The notes beneath the pieces were generated by a model. It was not told where the DNA came from, ran no database searches, and worked only from the letters and a program-made list of their open reading frames with translations. From contig NW_003314289.1 in assembly GCF_000143415.4 (NCBI RefSeq), positions 986,787 through 1,050,786 on the forward strand: 64,000 nucleotides of DNA. Direction: 5' to 3'. Both the position numbers and the translations under genes were made by a program. This DNA comes from Selaginella moellendorffii. Taxonomy: Eukaryota; Plantae; Lycopodiophyta. Positions 12,069 through 24,992 of this stretch are shown here, piece after piece. The stretch's first letter is position 1, and each line of letters starts with the position of its first letter.

Positions 12069-13136
12069 TCAGTGGTATTTTCTGACGATCCCCCTCAGGT
12101 ACTCCCAGCCTCCACTCTGATACGCGAAGTCCTGCAGCGATTCATCCAGGCATTCTTCCTCGAGTTGAGAGCAACTCTGGCTTGTTATGTGCCACACCCT
12201 GAAAGGAACGTCACGGGTTCTGTCCACTGCCCGGCGCTCCACAAACAGCTGCTGTAGACCAGCGTGGTCTTTCCTGAGCAGCTCAACAAACTTGGTGTTG
12301 CCACACACGAAAACAATCCTGAAGCAGCTAGCGTCTACGTCGAAGTCAGTGGCTGCTTCTGCAAACAGCTGAGCCGACTCCACACATTCCGCATCATCCT
12401 GCTGGCCATGGAGCTTGAGCCATTCCGGAATAACCTGCGAGCACAAAGAAGAAGAATCAATACTATCGATCAAGTAGAAACCTTCTTCATTGAAAATCAC
12501 CTTCTTGCCTCGGGTTGGCAGCATCGCCTTGAGTCGCCCAAACAATGTAATCACCCTCCAGCCCGGTACCTGGTCGTAGTTGTGGTGCACGAACAAGGCA
12601 CCGAGGCGGAGACGCTTGGCCACCCAGGCGCCCAGCTCCGTTCCTCGGAGGTGAGCATCGTTGAGCATCTGGTAGGCAGCCTTGTCGCACACGAAGATGT
12701 CGCTCGTCTTCCCATCCTCGTCCAGAGGAGGGGCCCTGTTACGAACTGGAAAGAAGCCATACTTCATAGCCTCCACCTCGTCAAGTCCGCTGGGGTGGAG
12801 CTTGCCTGGAATGGGAACCCAGCCAGTGGCCTCCTCCTTCTCCTCCGTGCATGGACGCCTTGGGGAGGCGTCGCCCCTGCTGCTGCGCCTGCGCTTGGGG
12901 CTCCTGGAACGCGGCATCTCGCCCGAGCGTGGCCTGCGGGAGCTAGAGGCATCCATTCTATCGCCGTGCCTGCGCTTGCCCGAGCGTCGCCTGCGCAAGC
13001 TAGAGTCATCCATTCCATGGTCGTCCCTGCTGCTAAGCCAGCGCTTTGGGAGCCCAGGTGGCCTGCGATCCCGAGGCCCGCGCTCTGGCCTGGCAATTGC
13101 GTGAACGTTGCCTTCGCGCCTCGTCGTCCTACCCAT
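12069..13136 (-). CDS. Uncharacterised family protein, copy B (identical to copy A)
   Basis: Identical 355-aa ORF inside the duplicated segment. Confidence 0.55.
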   Translation of the reverse strand: MGRTTRREGNVHAIARPERGPRDRRPPGLPKRWLSSRDDHGMDDSSLRRRRSGKRRHGDRMDASSSRRPRSGEMPRSRSPKRRRSSRGDASPRRPCTEEKEEATGWVPIPGKLHPSGLDEVEAMKYGFFPVRNRAPPLDEDGKTSDIFVCDKAAYQMLNDAHLRGTELGAWVAKRLRLGALFVHHNYDQVPGWRVITLFGRLKAMLPTRGKKVIFNEEGFYLIDSIDSSSLCSQVIPEWLKLHGQQDDAECVESAQLFAEAATDFDVDASCFRIVFVCGNTKFVELLRKDHAGLQQLFVERRAVDRTRDVPFRVWHITSQSCSQLEEECLDESLQDFAYQSGGWEYLRGIVRKYH

Positions 13137-14114
13137 GCCCTAATCTCCGAGGTTAGGGCTGTTTGATGATTAGGAGTTAGAACTTGACGGTGATTCTGAT
13201 GCCTTAATTTCTACATCGTTTGGCAGCGAGTGCATTCTTGGATTCGCTACTGCACTTTGTTTGAATTTCACAGCAGCGTTTTCCTTGGAACAAATGAAAT
13301 CAAAGGTTATCTAGCAGCCTTTTGGATTGAAGCCTTGTGGATGCACAATCCACAATGCAGTTTCAAGTGGCAACAAACAGCATCTAAGAACTCGAGAGTT
13401 GTGCATGAGAGTTGTGCAATCAAGGTGAAGATTGCCATCCAAAGAACCCTAAACAGCAGCAAAGTCCCAGTAATCTTGCAGAATACCTAGTATGTCTCCA
13501 TAGAAGAAAGGAAATTGACTGGTAGCTGCTGGACTAGCAAACAATTTTCAACTTCTCCATTGGCAGAGGTTTGTTGCATTAATATTTTCTATCTAGAGAC
13601 ATCACTGTTTTTGGTTTTGGATGGTGAAGGTTATGACAAGGGAAGAATTAGACATCTGGAAAAATACTCCCTAAGTTTCTTGTAAGAGAACTTTACTTCT
13701 CTTTTGTTCTACTTCCTGTCTATATTCTGAAACGGTTTGACAGGTGCAAAATGGTTGCTTGTGGCTATTCACAACAAAAATATGGAAAGTATGAGTGTAT
13801 TTTCTCACATCAGCAGCCACACACACGAGGCAATTGCTGGTAAAGCTCTTTCCATTCTTCTATAAGCGTTTTGTGTTTAGTTTTTTATTGAAATAGTGAA
13901 GTTATGAATTTGAAACAAATTAGCAAAGAAAGTTAACATGCTCTCCTTGTGTATGCTTCTCTAGGTATGGTCTAGTAGAAGTGTAAGCATATTGACACTT
14001 ATTTCGTTTTAGTTGATAAATTCATCACAGTTTTGGTAACCACTTGTGAGATTTCAAAGCAGCTGCTATCTATAAGTGAGACATAGTGGCTTTTCTCACT
14101 AATACTAGTTTGAG

Positions 14115-15972
14115 TGGTCTATACTACACTAATATGATAATTTGATTATTTTATACTTTTGATGTGCACAAATAAAACCTTAACTTAAGGTGTAAATAAT
14201 TTTTTAACAAACTAAAAATAACTTTCTATTAACTCTCTTTTATTATTTTACTTCTTATCTATATTCAAAAATGGTTTGATAAGCAAAAAATGGTTATTAT
14301 TAATGGTTCCTTTGTTTATATTTTTTTCTTGCAAATTTAGCTTTAGACCTCCCCTAATATCGAAGATTAAAGCATTAGCAGAATGGACAGATGGCCTATC
14401 AACCAAGACGACCATGGAATGGATCACAGGCCAGAGCTTATTCTGAATGAGTATATTTAATAAAAAATTTATTTCTAAAATAAAACACTTAATTAATTTT
14501 TTTAAGTATACAATTTTGAAAAACCTTGTTTAATAAGTTTTTTTATAAGTGATAATATTGATAGCAAATTCTTTAATATTTTACTACTAAGTAATATATT
14601 TTATGAAAACATTTAAATTTCCATCAAAGAATGTTATGAGAATGATCCCATGAGAATGATCTTAGAATGTTATGAGAATGATCCCAGAAATTATCACCGT
14701 GTACGATTTATAATAAAATGATTTTATGAACACAAACGAAGAATTTTATAACAGAATTGAAAGAACAAAAACTTAACTGCCAAACTTGAGCAAAATTATT
14801 TCTCAATTATACTGAATATCTCCTTTAAATACTGAGTTATACCACTTATATATTATTCTCTTTCACAAAAATTCATTCAACAATATTATATATATTTAAT
14901 ATATGATATAATTTATTAAAACTTTCATTAAACTTTCATTACAATAGGCTTTTTATTATTATTTGCAAGAAGCATGCAATTTCCAAATGCCTACATAATT
15001 TTGAATTTAATATATATTAATTTTTATAATCTACAACACTCACTATATCTTTGGGATGTTTTGAAAAATCAAATTTTTTGTTAAAATAAATATTATATAA
15101 ATACCACTATATCTTTGGGATGTTTTGAAAGATCAAAATACATGGTGTGTTAATAATAATAAATTTTAAATTTCAAAGGCACTAAAAGCTATGAAGATTC
15201 TTTCCTTCTTGGAATGGAAAATCAACACTAAAATTAATATATACTAAATGGGAATAAAAAACAAAAATAATTTTCTTATGTTAGTATATGGATTGCAAGC
15301 ACTTCCCAGATCATGTTACTTTGAGCTTCCATACAAAAACTTTCTAGGAATCAAGACCAAGGTGAAAGCTCCGAAATTGTGACGAATTTATCAACTAAAA
15401 CGAATATAACATCCTGGGATCATTCTCATAATATTCTTTGATGGAAATTTAAATGTTTTCATAAAATATATCACTTAGTACTAAAAAATTAAAGAATTTG
15501 CTGTCACTATTATCACTTTTAAAAAACTTAATAAACAACGTTTTTCAAATTTTTATACATAAAAAAATTTAATTAAGGTTTTTATTTTAGAAATAAAATT
15601 TTTATTAAGTATACTCATTCAGAATAAGCTCTGGCCTACGATGCATTCCATAGTTATCTCGGCTGATAGGCTGCCTGTCCATTCTGCTAATGCCTTAATT
15701 TTCGATATTAGGGGAAGTTTGAAGCTAAATTTACAAGAAAAAAAATATAAACAAAAGAACCATTCATAGTAATTATTTTGTGCTTATCAAACCATTTCCG
15801 AATATAGATAAGAAGTAAAATAATAAAAGAGAGTTAATAGAAAGTTATTTTTAGTATGGTATTTGCATTAAAAAATTATTTACACATGTAAGTCCCACTT
15901 AAGTTAAAGTTTTATTTGTGGACATCAAAAGTATAAAATAATCAGATTATCATATTAGTGTAGTATAGACCA
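14115..15972. repeat. Long imperfect inverted repeat (arms ~14115-14690 and ~15414-15972)
   Basis: For example, ggtctatactacactaatatgataa pairs with ttatcatattagtgtagtatagacc, and ggccagagcttattctgaatgagtata pairs with tatactcattcagaataagctctggcc. Confidence 0.85.
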
Positions 15973-16667
15973 TTTTTTATTTTTAAAAGTATGAAGCTTC
16001 AGATTTATTAATTATTAGAATTAACTTAATTTTTATAGTATAAAAAGTTAAAATTAAATATAAATTGAATCAAATTAATAACATTTGATCAAATAAGAAT
16101 TGATATCATATTGTGAGTTCATGCACTCACAATATTAATTTGAAATAATATATATGCTTATTATTTAGGACCTTTGATCTGAGCATGACAATTGACAAAA
16201 AGTTATTCATTTGAAGAAGAAATTATAGAAAAAAAGTAAGTTGATAGAAAAAGATTTAATAGCACAAGTTATTCATTTGAAGAAATTATAGAAAGAGAGA
16301 AATTTGATAGAAGAATTAAAAAATATCCAAATTAGTAACTATTAATTTTTTACAAAAGGAATAAATATATAAAATAAATTGAATTACTTATAAGGTCCTT
16401 GGCGAGTTGTTGAAGGGTATCCACTTTCCAATATCATCCAGAAGTTCCTCACCTATATTGTTTCTAAAAAATCATCTAAAGAGTCATTAATGCCACTCAT
16501 AAACAAAATCCATTAAACAAGATTAAACAAGTATTAAAATATTAAAGAATTTGCTATCACTATTGTCACTTATAAAAAACTTATTAAACAAGGTTTTTCA
16601 AAATTGTATACATAAAAAAATTTAATTAAGGTTTTTATTTTAGAAGTAAAAGTTTTATCAAGTATAC

Positions 16668-18486
16668 TGTGAGACACAAAATCCCTAGGCCCCAAAGTGG
16701 AGCCGGAAGGGCGCCACATGGTAGTGGCCGAAGCGAGAGCCAAACGAGCGTAACACGTTTGGACCAAAAGCTCTGACTTGAAAAGTCAAGAGCGGGAGTG
16801 GAACTCCCAACGAAGTGCTCGAGGAACGAGCACGAAGCGAGCAAAAGGTGAGGCTCCAAAAAGGGACCCAAAAGGACCAACACATGACACGTGGGAGTGT
16901 CCGAGATGGACCCGAGATGGAGTCCGAGATGGAGTCCGAAGTGGAGTCCGAGGTGGATCTGAGATGGACCCGAGTTGGAGTCCGAAGTGGAGTCCGAGAT
17001 GGAGTCCGAGATGGAGTCCGAGGTGGACCCGAGATGGACCCGAGTTGGAGTCCGAAGTGGAGTCCGAGATGGAGTCCGAGATGGAGTCCAAGGTGGACCC
17101 GAGATGGACCCGAGCTGGAGTCCGAAGTGGAGTCCGAGATGGACCCGAGATGGAGTCCGAGATGGAGTCCGAGGTGGACCCGAGATGGACCCGAAATGGA
17201 GTCCGAGATGGAGTCCGAGATGGACCCGAGATGGAGTCCGAGATGGATCCCGAGATGGACCCGAGATGGACCCGAGATGGACCCGAGATGGAGTCCGAGA
17301 TGGAGTCCGAGATGGAGTCCGAGATGGAGTCCGAGATGGAGTCCGAAGTCGAGACCGAGACCGAGACCGAGACCGAGATCGGGACCGAGACCGAGACCGA
17401 GGCCAAGGCCGAGACCGAGCCCGAGCACGAGTCCGAGTCCGAATCCGAGTCCGAGTCCGAGTCCGAGTCCGAGTCCGAGTCCGGAGCCTGAGAGGGTGAA
17501 AGCCCAAAGCGTTCGTCTCCCAAACCCTGGGGGGTTTGGTGAGCTCCAAAAGTATAGTAGGGGGAGGACTGCAGTGGAGCCAGTTTGGCCAGGAAAGGCC
17601 AGTTTGGCCCAGGAAGGCCGGACCCAGTGTTGGGTGATGAGCTGCCCACTGGGAAGTCCAAGACTAGAGTGAACACAGACCGACAAGCGGGGTAGCTTGG
17701 TGAAGTGTTCAAGAGCCGGCTCTAGTTCCCCCGGGAGATCGACTGGCCGATGCTCCCAGTCCAAGTGTGGGTGGCACTACCTACTTAGATACCTGGTGTG
17801 GCTCAACGGAACCCGCTCTAAGCCCATGGCTAGAGCACCCAAGGGCAGAAGGCGAGGAGAGTACTAAGGTGGCTCGCATAAGGCCACGGTGTTCCGAAAT
17901 GTTGTCCCAAAGGCTCAGACTGTGGAAAGGAAGAGGAGCAGTCCTCTGGGGTAGTGACCAAGGACACAGTCGTGTGGTGAGGAAGTCCCAGAGGACCGTG
18001 GGACTTAGTGGTTGGGCCTGTGGGTCTCGATCTAGTGGCAGTGTTGGCAAACACGGCCAAGGGCAGAAAGAGACTTAGTGGGGACTGACAGAGGGATATT
18101 GGGGAAGGCTATTTCCCTTGTCGGTGGGCATCCTAAGGATGCTAAGGAGTGGATCTGAGATGACCACTCACGGATGGTTTGCCTAGTCTTGGAGAGCCAA
18201 GACGGTGATGCAAGTGGTGTTGGACTACCAGTGTGGCAAAGGTGATTGGGCATGGCCTTAGCGTAACGGGCTACTATGTCGGTGGTACCTTTGAGTGTTG
18301 GTCATGGGATCGGACACGTGGAGCACTTGGACCAAGTGCAAGTGTTGAGTGGCATGGATGCCATTCTCGGGGCTAGCAAGTCCCAAGTCCTGAATTGGAC
18401 TTATGGAGGTTGTGAATGAGACTCCTCCAAGTGGTTAGAGGTGTGGTTAAGTGACTAAAGTAGAATGGAAAATTTAGTCGCTTACA
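16668..18486. mobile_element. Solo-LTR-like insertion (1819 bp, TGTGAG...CTTACA, 5-bp TSD TATAC)
   Basis: TATAC at 16663-16667 and 18487-18491; TG..CA termini; GC-rich island in AT-rich DNA. The paralogous empty site aagtatactcattc is at ~15607-15620. Confidence 0.85.
16900..17485. repeat. Minisatellite array (GATGGAGTCCGA / GATGGACCCGA units) followed by a 6-bp GAGACC/GAGTCC array
   Basis: Tandem 11-12 bp and 6 bp units are directly visible; they explain the low-complexity ORFs in all six frames. Confidence 0.9.
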
Positions 18487-18739
18487 TATACTCATTCAAA
18501 ATAAGCTCTAGCCTGCGATCCATTCCATGGTCATCTCGGCTAATAGGCCGCATATCCATTCTACTAATGCCCTAATCTTTTAGATTATGGGAGGTTTGAA
18601 GCTAGATTTGCAAGAATAAAATATAAACAAAAGAACCATTCATAGTAACAATTTTGTGCTTATCAAACTGTTTCAGAAGATAGATAAAAAGTGAAATAAA
18701 AGAGAAGTAGAGTTCTTTTACAAAAATGCCACTTAAGGA

Positions 18740-19120
18740 AAATGGTTGCTTATGGTTGTTCACAACGAAAATATAAAAAGTATGAGTGTATTTTCTCACA
18801 TCAGCAGCCACACACACGAGGCAATTGTTAGTAAAGCTCTTTTCATTCTTCTACAAAGTAAGTGTTCTGTGTTTAGTTTTTGATATGCTTTGAAACAGCT
18901 TCATTTGAAACAAATTAGCAAAGCTGGCTTACATGCTCTCCTTGTGTATGCTTCTAGGAGGCCTCTAGGTATGGCCTTATAGAAGCGTAAGCATCCATTA
19001 GTACTTATGTAAATTTCATATTGACACTTCTTTTGTTTCAATTGATAAATTCGTCAGCCATTTGTTAGATTTCAAACTACATGTGAGATATGGTAGCTTT
19101 TCTCACTAATACTTTGAGTA
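18740..19120. repeat. Diverged direct repeat of ~13750-14110 (partly also 9335-9515)
   Basis: Shared string aagtatgagtgtattttctcacatcagcagccacacacacgaggcaattg and colinear downstream sequence. Confidence 0.75.
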
Positions 19121-21377
19121 TAACAGTTCCATTCAATGAAGATGTCCAGCTCTTCAATTTTGTGTGTTTGTGATGCATATTTTGTTCTCTATGATGGGGG
19201 TGGCAGTGTCTTTTCTCTTGTGATACAAAAATTGTTTCAACTTTGTAGAAGTTGAGACAACTATAGGTACCTCTAATGTGTTATTTTGTCTAGAAAGCAA
19301 GCTCTACCAATTAGGTATTTATTTTCCTAGTAATAAGGAGATTGTTGCTGATTTAATGTTGAAATGGGAAGAAAAAGAACATACTTTGAACCCAAGAATA
19401 GATTAAAATGCCATGTAGACTATCTTGTACCCACAAAAAAAATGCAAGTCATCTTGCTCAAGCTTGGCAAGCAAGTTCCTAGTGTGTTCACCCAGTTATA
19501 ATAAGTCACACTCCATCAAGCTCGGCAGAACACGTCACGTCTTTATACCTGTCACGTCTTTATACCTGAGACACTAGAGGTATATCCTTTGTACATGCTC
19601 TTTTTTTGAGGGACGTTTGGATGAAGAAAGGCCTAACCCTAATCTGCAATCCGGGAATGCATCAGGGAGAGAGAGAGGAAAATTGAGTCAAATATCAACT
19701 AATATAAATCCTAAAAAAGAAGAAGTATATAAAGTCTAATGGTGTGCTTATTTAATTGTTACTATTTAGGTATGGAACTCAAAGTACATTATCATTATGT
19801 TTTGCCACTGTCATTAGGGCCATCAATAAAATAAAGTGGGTTGGACACTTATAGCATTAACAAATTCATTGAATATAGTTAATTATTTGATATTTCAATT
19901 ATAAAATCATGGTAAATTTTTATATATGAAAATTGTATTAAAAATATAATATAAAGGTATTTCAATATATGTATGCTGTCTCACATTTGGATCATAAATA
20001 CTGAGCTTAAACTATATTGTTAACATTGTTTTATTCTTTATAAAGCATTGTGATCAATCTATAAGTAAATGTATTATAAAGTATGAGCCTCCATGTGTTT
20101 CGAATTTGAATATCCTTGAAATATATTAAGTATTTATAAAAGTTGGGAGCTTGATATTCCATGTGCAATCAAGCTATTGGAAAATGTCAAAGGACAAGTT
20201 TCTCACTTCTAAAATTAGGTAACCTCATGTTCCGAAAGACCTAGTTATAGAGAAATTGAAAAAAAAAAAGCAATAGAGAGCTTTATCTAGAGATGAGAAA
20301 CTCCAAGTGAATATGTGAACATATATTTCTTTTGTATATTTTAATGTATGCAGTAAGGGGGGAACTAGTTAATATAAAGCTTCTTTATATACAATATTGA
20401 TGGATTGATTAAAATTAAGTGGCCTTGTGTATGAGTTGTGTCAAGTTGATCATTAATTGTTGTGGTGATGTGCATTTTGAAAATGCAATATAAATTTGGC
20501 TATGAGTAAACATTGGCTAAGGTAAGTAGATGGCTACACAATCAAATTTTTGACCTTGGTAGTTTAAAATTGTCACCAAGACAAAGGGGAAATTATTTTC
20601 TAGACATGTGAAATAAAACATCAAATTCAAAGAGTATTAAGCTAATGTATGGGATAAAATTTTTAGTACATTTAAATTCACCTATAATCTAAAACTTTAT
20701 ATGAAGGTTTTTGATCACTAGTCAAATTGATAATTATTTGAGAAACTTGAAACAAAATAATTCTCCATTCAATGGCATTACAAGTGGTGACTTCTATCAA
20801 ACATTATCAATTATCCTACATGGTCACCGAGCACAATTTATTTTTACATCCATAGCATATAAAATGTTTTTTAAAAAATTTAATTGCAAATAAACAAACT
20901 TAACCCTAAATTCCAGAATGGTTGTTTGATGGAAATAATTATACACTAAACTCTGTTTTTCCATTTGATTCTATCTTTCTTCCTTCAAACTAATTTGAAC
21001 TACTTTTAATATTGATTTTGTATTCCCATGCATCAAAGGCATTTCAAATGTTCAAATTGCAACAAACAGAGCCATTTTAACACCATTTAATGATGATACA
21101 TTTTTAATTAAAAATAATATCATCTCTCAATTACTAAGTCCACTTTAAATTTACACTAATATTGACTTTATTAATTTTTAAGCATTTTGAAAATTTCCCG
21201 ATTAAATGTTTTAACTCTATTACTCCATTTAGACTACCATTGCACAAATTGATATTAAAAGAAGATTGTATCATTATTCTTATAAGAAACATGTCTCCAA
21301 CAATTGGATTATATAATAGTACTTGATCAATAAATAAAGCCAACTTTTTTTTATGGAACTCAAAATACTTTATCATT

Positions 21378-21664
21378 ATGCTTTATTTCGTTAAAGTGGA
21401 ACTTTTCATTATCCCACTTATGGTGTGTGGCCACATGCCATTTTTATAACAACAATAAAAAATTGAAGTTTTAGCTTTATAATTTATAAATTATAAACTT
21501 TTTATATGATTTTGTGTTATAATATTGTGAAATATAAAAAATAAATTAAAAAACTGATAGAAATATTAATAAATATTAATTAAGTACTAGGAAATGGCAT
21601 GTGGATACATGCTAATTAATGTCCCACTTTACTGAATAAGTTCCACTTTAACGAAATAAAGCAT
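21378..21664. mobile_element. MITE, copy 1 (27-bp perfect TIRs, 4-bp TSD CATT)
   Basis: ATGCTTTATTTCGTTAAAGTGGAACTT ... AAGTTCCACTTTAACGAAATAAAGCAT, flanked by catt on both sides. Confidence 0.88.
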
Positions 21665-22824
21665 CATTGCATTTAGCAAATATGTTTTTCTAGTGCTACC
21701 AGGGCCATCAATAAAAATAAAGTGGATACTATTGGTTGAACACTTGATAGTATTAACAAATTCATTGAATATAATTAATTATTCAATATTCCAATTTACA
21801 AAATCATGGTAACTTTCTATATATGAATGATTACAATTGAGTGTTGATTGAGTAGGTAAGTTGTATGATTGGGTTGTTTTACTATGTATTTTCATTCTTG
21901 AGTTGATGTTTATTAAAGCAAGTTTATATCAGCATGCAATATTTATTCTAGCAAAAAAGTTGATCCTTCAAATTATCCCAAAGATAAATTGGGTATTCAT
22001 GCAGTATTTATTCTAACAAAAAATATGACCCTTTAAAAATATCCCAAAGATATAGTGGGTCTTGTAAACTGTAAAAAATATATATTAAAGTGAAATCTGT
22101 GTAAGCATTTAAAAATTGCATGCTTCTTGCAAATAACAGCAAAAAGCCTCTTGCAACAATAGTTTACTGAAATTTTTAGTAAATTACATCATTACCTATT
22201 TTAATATTGTCAAATGATATAACACCTATTTTAATACATAAGTTGTATAACTTGGTATTTAAAAGAAATGGTTGAGGAATAATTCTTTGCTTTTGCCAAC
22301 ATTGCCATATGTAAACATATTACAATATATGTATGTTGTCTTGCATTTGGATCATTACTATCGAGCTTAACCTATTTTGTTAAGATTGTTTTATTACATG
22401 CTACTTTTTGTAAGGCATTGTGATATGGGCCTTCTGTAAAATACATATTTTGGAAGTCCGGAAGATAAATGCATTTTAAAATTTGAATATCCTTGAAATA
22501 TATCAAGTATTTATAAAAGTTAGGAAGTTGATATTCCAAAAGCTATTAGAACATGTCACATGATGAGTTTCTCACTTCAAAAACTAGGCAAGTACAAATC
22601 ATTAACTTTGGATTATCAACCTTCTCCTCTTCTCTTGTGAGAATTGCAGAATGGGAGATTGGGCAGTGTTACTAGTGTTCTAGAGAAAAAGAACCTTTTT
22701 CATTATTAATATATCTTGGGAATAGGAAACAACAGCAGTTTCCTTCCTTAAGCACACAGGTCTGTGTTGCTATAAGCTTCCATTCATGGAACCACGACGA
22801 AGGTGAGAGCTCTTCAAGTAGAGC

Positions 22825-23931
22825 TCAAACTCTTTCACCTCGTCGCAGGCAGTTTCCTGACGCTGGCCTCGGGATTCCACTCTCCCTCAGGTACGCCCAG
22901 CCTCCCCTCTGATACGAGAAGTCCTGCTCCGACTCATTGAGGCATTCTTCCTCGAGTTGAGAGCAACTCTGGCTTGTTACGTGCCACACCCTGAAAGGAA
23001 CGTCACGAGGCTTGTCCACTGCCCGGCACTCCAGAAACAGCTGCTGTAAACCCGCGAAGTCTTCCCTGAGCAGCTCTGCAAACTTGGTGTTGCCACACAC
23101 GAAAACAGTCCTCCAGGAGCCAGCGCCTCCGTCGATACCAGTGGCTGCATCGGCAAACAGATTAGCCGACTCCACATATTCAGCATCATCCTGCTGGCCA
23201 TGGAGCTTAAGCCATTGCAGAATGACCTGCCAGGAAAAGAAGAATCAGTACCGATCGATCAAGTAGAAAACTTCTTCATTGAAAGTCACCGTCTTGCTTC
23301 GGGTTGGCAGCATTGCCTTGGGTCGCCCAAACAATGTGATCACCCTCCAGCCCGGTACCTGGTCGTAGTTGTGGTGTGCGAACAAGGCACCGAAACGGAG
23401 ACGCTTGGTCACCCAGGTGCCCAGCTCCGTTCCTCGGAGATGAGCATCATTGAACACCTGGTAGGCAGCCTTGTCGCACAAGAAGATGTCGCTCTTCTTC
23501 CCATCCTCGTCCCGAGGAGTGTCCCTGTTACGAACTGGAAAGAAGCCATACTTCATAGCCACCACCTCATCCAGTCCGGTGGGGTGGAGCTTGCCTGGAA
23601 TGGGGACCCAACCAGTGGCCTCCTCCTCCTCCTCCTCTGCCTCCTCCGTGCATGGACGCCTCGGGGAGGCGTCGCCCCTCCTGCTACGCCTGCGCTTGGG
23701 GCTCCTGGAGCGCGGCCTGTCACCCGAGCGTGGCCTGCGGGAGCTAGAGGCATCCATTCCATCGTCGTGCCTGCGCTTGCCCGAGCGTCGCTTGCGCAAG
23801 CTAGAGTGCCTGCGATCCATTCCATCGTCGTCCCTGCTGCTAGGCCAGCGCTTTGCAGGCGGCCTGCGATCGTCGTCCCGAGGCCCGCGCTCTGGCCTGG
23901 CACTTGCGTGACGCAGGCAAGTCGTCCTCAT
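22825..23931 (-). pseudogene. Uncharacterised family, copy C (frameshift near 23230-23250)
   Basis: ORFs 23245-23931 and 22825-23175 are the N- and C-terminal parts of the copy A protein. Confidence 0.8.
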
Positions 23932-24529
23932 GCCCTAATCTCGATTAGGTTAAAATATAAACAAGGGATGTTTAGAGTTTTCTGGATGGTGATCCTGCTT
24001 TGATTGGGCAGCTTACAAAGATTGTTTGGCAGCCACTGCAGTCTTGGATTGTGTTGTTACTGCACTTTGGTTGAATTTGTTACTACCACACTTTGGTTGA
24101 ATTTCACAGCAGCATTTTCCTTGGAACAAATGAAATTAAAGGTTATCTGGCAGCCTTGTGCCTTTACATGTAAGGAATTCTGTGGATGCACAATCCACCA
24201 ACACCGTTTCAACTAAACCATGGTGGCAACACACAGAATCTAAGAAAGCAGTTGCTGCGTCGATCTAGGTGAAGATTGCCATCCAGAGAACCTTAAACAG
24301 TTCACTTCTCTATATTTTACTTCAAAAATACCGAGTAAGTTGCTCTTCCCCATAGTACCATCTGGCCCCAATGGGCTCAATCACTAAGAAGAAAGGAAAT
24401 TGACTGGTAGCTACTGGACTAGCAAACAATTTTCAACTTCTCCATTGCCGGCTGCTTTGACATTTTCTATCTAGAGATATCAATGTTTTTGGTCTTGGAT
24501 GGTCGTGCGTGAAAGATAGATAACTGCTA

Positions 24530-24992
24530 TAGATGTAGAATTTACACGTATGAAGGTTAGTCTTTTCCAGACAATGGTAACACTGTCTGAGGTTGTGACT
24601 TCCAAAGTCTAGAAGGAGCTGGAAATTGCGGAAAAGAAGGCCAAAGAGCTGACTGACGATCTTGCTGCTGTCCAGTTCACTCCGCACAGTAAAAACGGCA
24701 AAATGCTCATGGCAAAGTGTCGTACGCTGCAAGAGGAAAACGAAGAAATAGGGAGGGAGGCTTCGGAGGGCAAGGTTCGTGTCTTTCCGGTATCTTGGAC
24801 TTGTTTCAAGCAGAACGTTACAGATACATGATCTGGAAACAAGGCTGGCTGTTCAAAAGTCGTTGAGCTCTGAATTGAAACGCGGTTATCAAGGTTTGTA
24901 ATCTCACAACGAATCTCCTGAGCGTTCTAAAGGTTTAAAATGTTGCGCCAGAGCTGTTTCGGTACGTCCGTGATCTCAATGCGGAAATGAGA
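24530..24992 (+). pseudogene. FIP37: Intron-containing fragment of FIP37/WTAP (m6A writer subunit)
   Basis: Exons VEFTRMK | KELEIAEKKAKELTDDLAAVQFTPHSKNGKMLMAKCRTLQEENEEIG..EGK | IHDLETRLAVQKS..ELKRGYQ | ELFRYV. FTPxSKxGKMLMAKCRTLQEENEEIG is the WTAP/FIP37 core. No 5' exons; runs into the gap. Confidence 0.85.

Larger units (their letters stand above)
9616..13930 (+). repeat. Near-identical direct duplicate of 5202-9515 (offset 4414) following a 100-N gap; probable assembly artefact
   Basis: The ORF track repeats identically with a +4414 shift. The only differences I noticed are homopolymer-length differences next to the gap. Confidence 0.9.

Noticed and set aside
16900-17485. CRISPR-like repeat array
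   Set aside because: Contiguous tandem units without unique spacers; eukaryotic context; no cas genes.
16635-17764. Long low-complexity ORFs in all six frames (RS/RD/SD/GL repeats)
   Set aside because: Products of the stop-free minisatellite inside the solo-LTR-like element.
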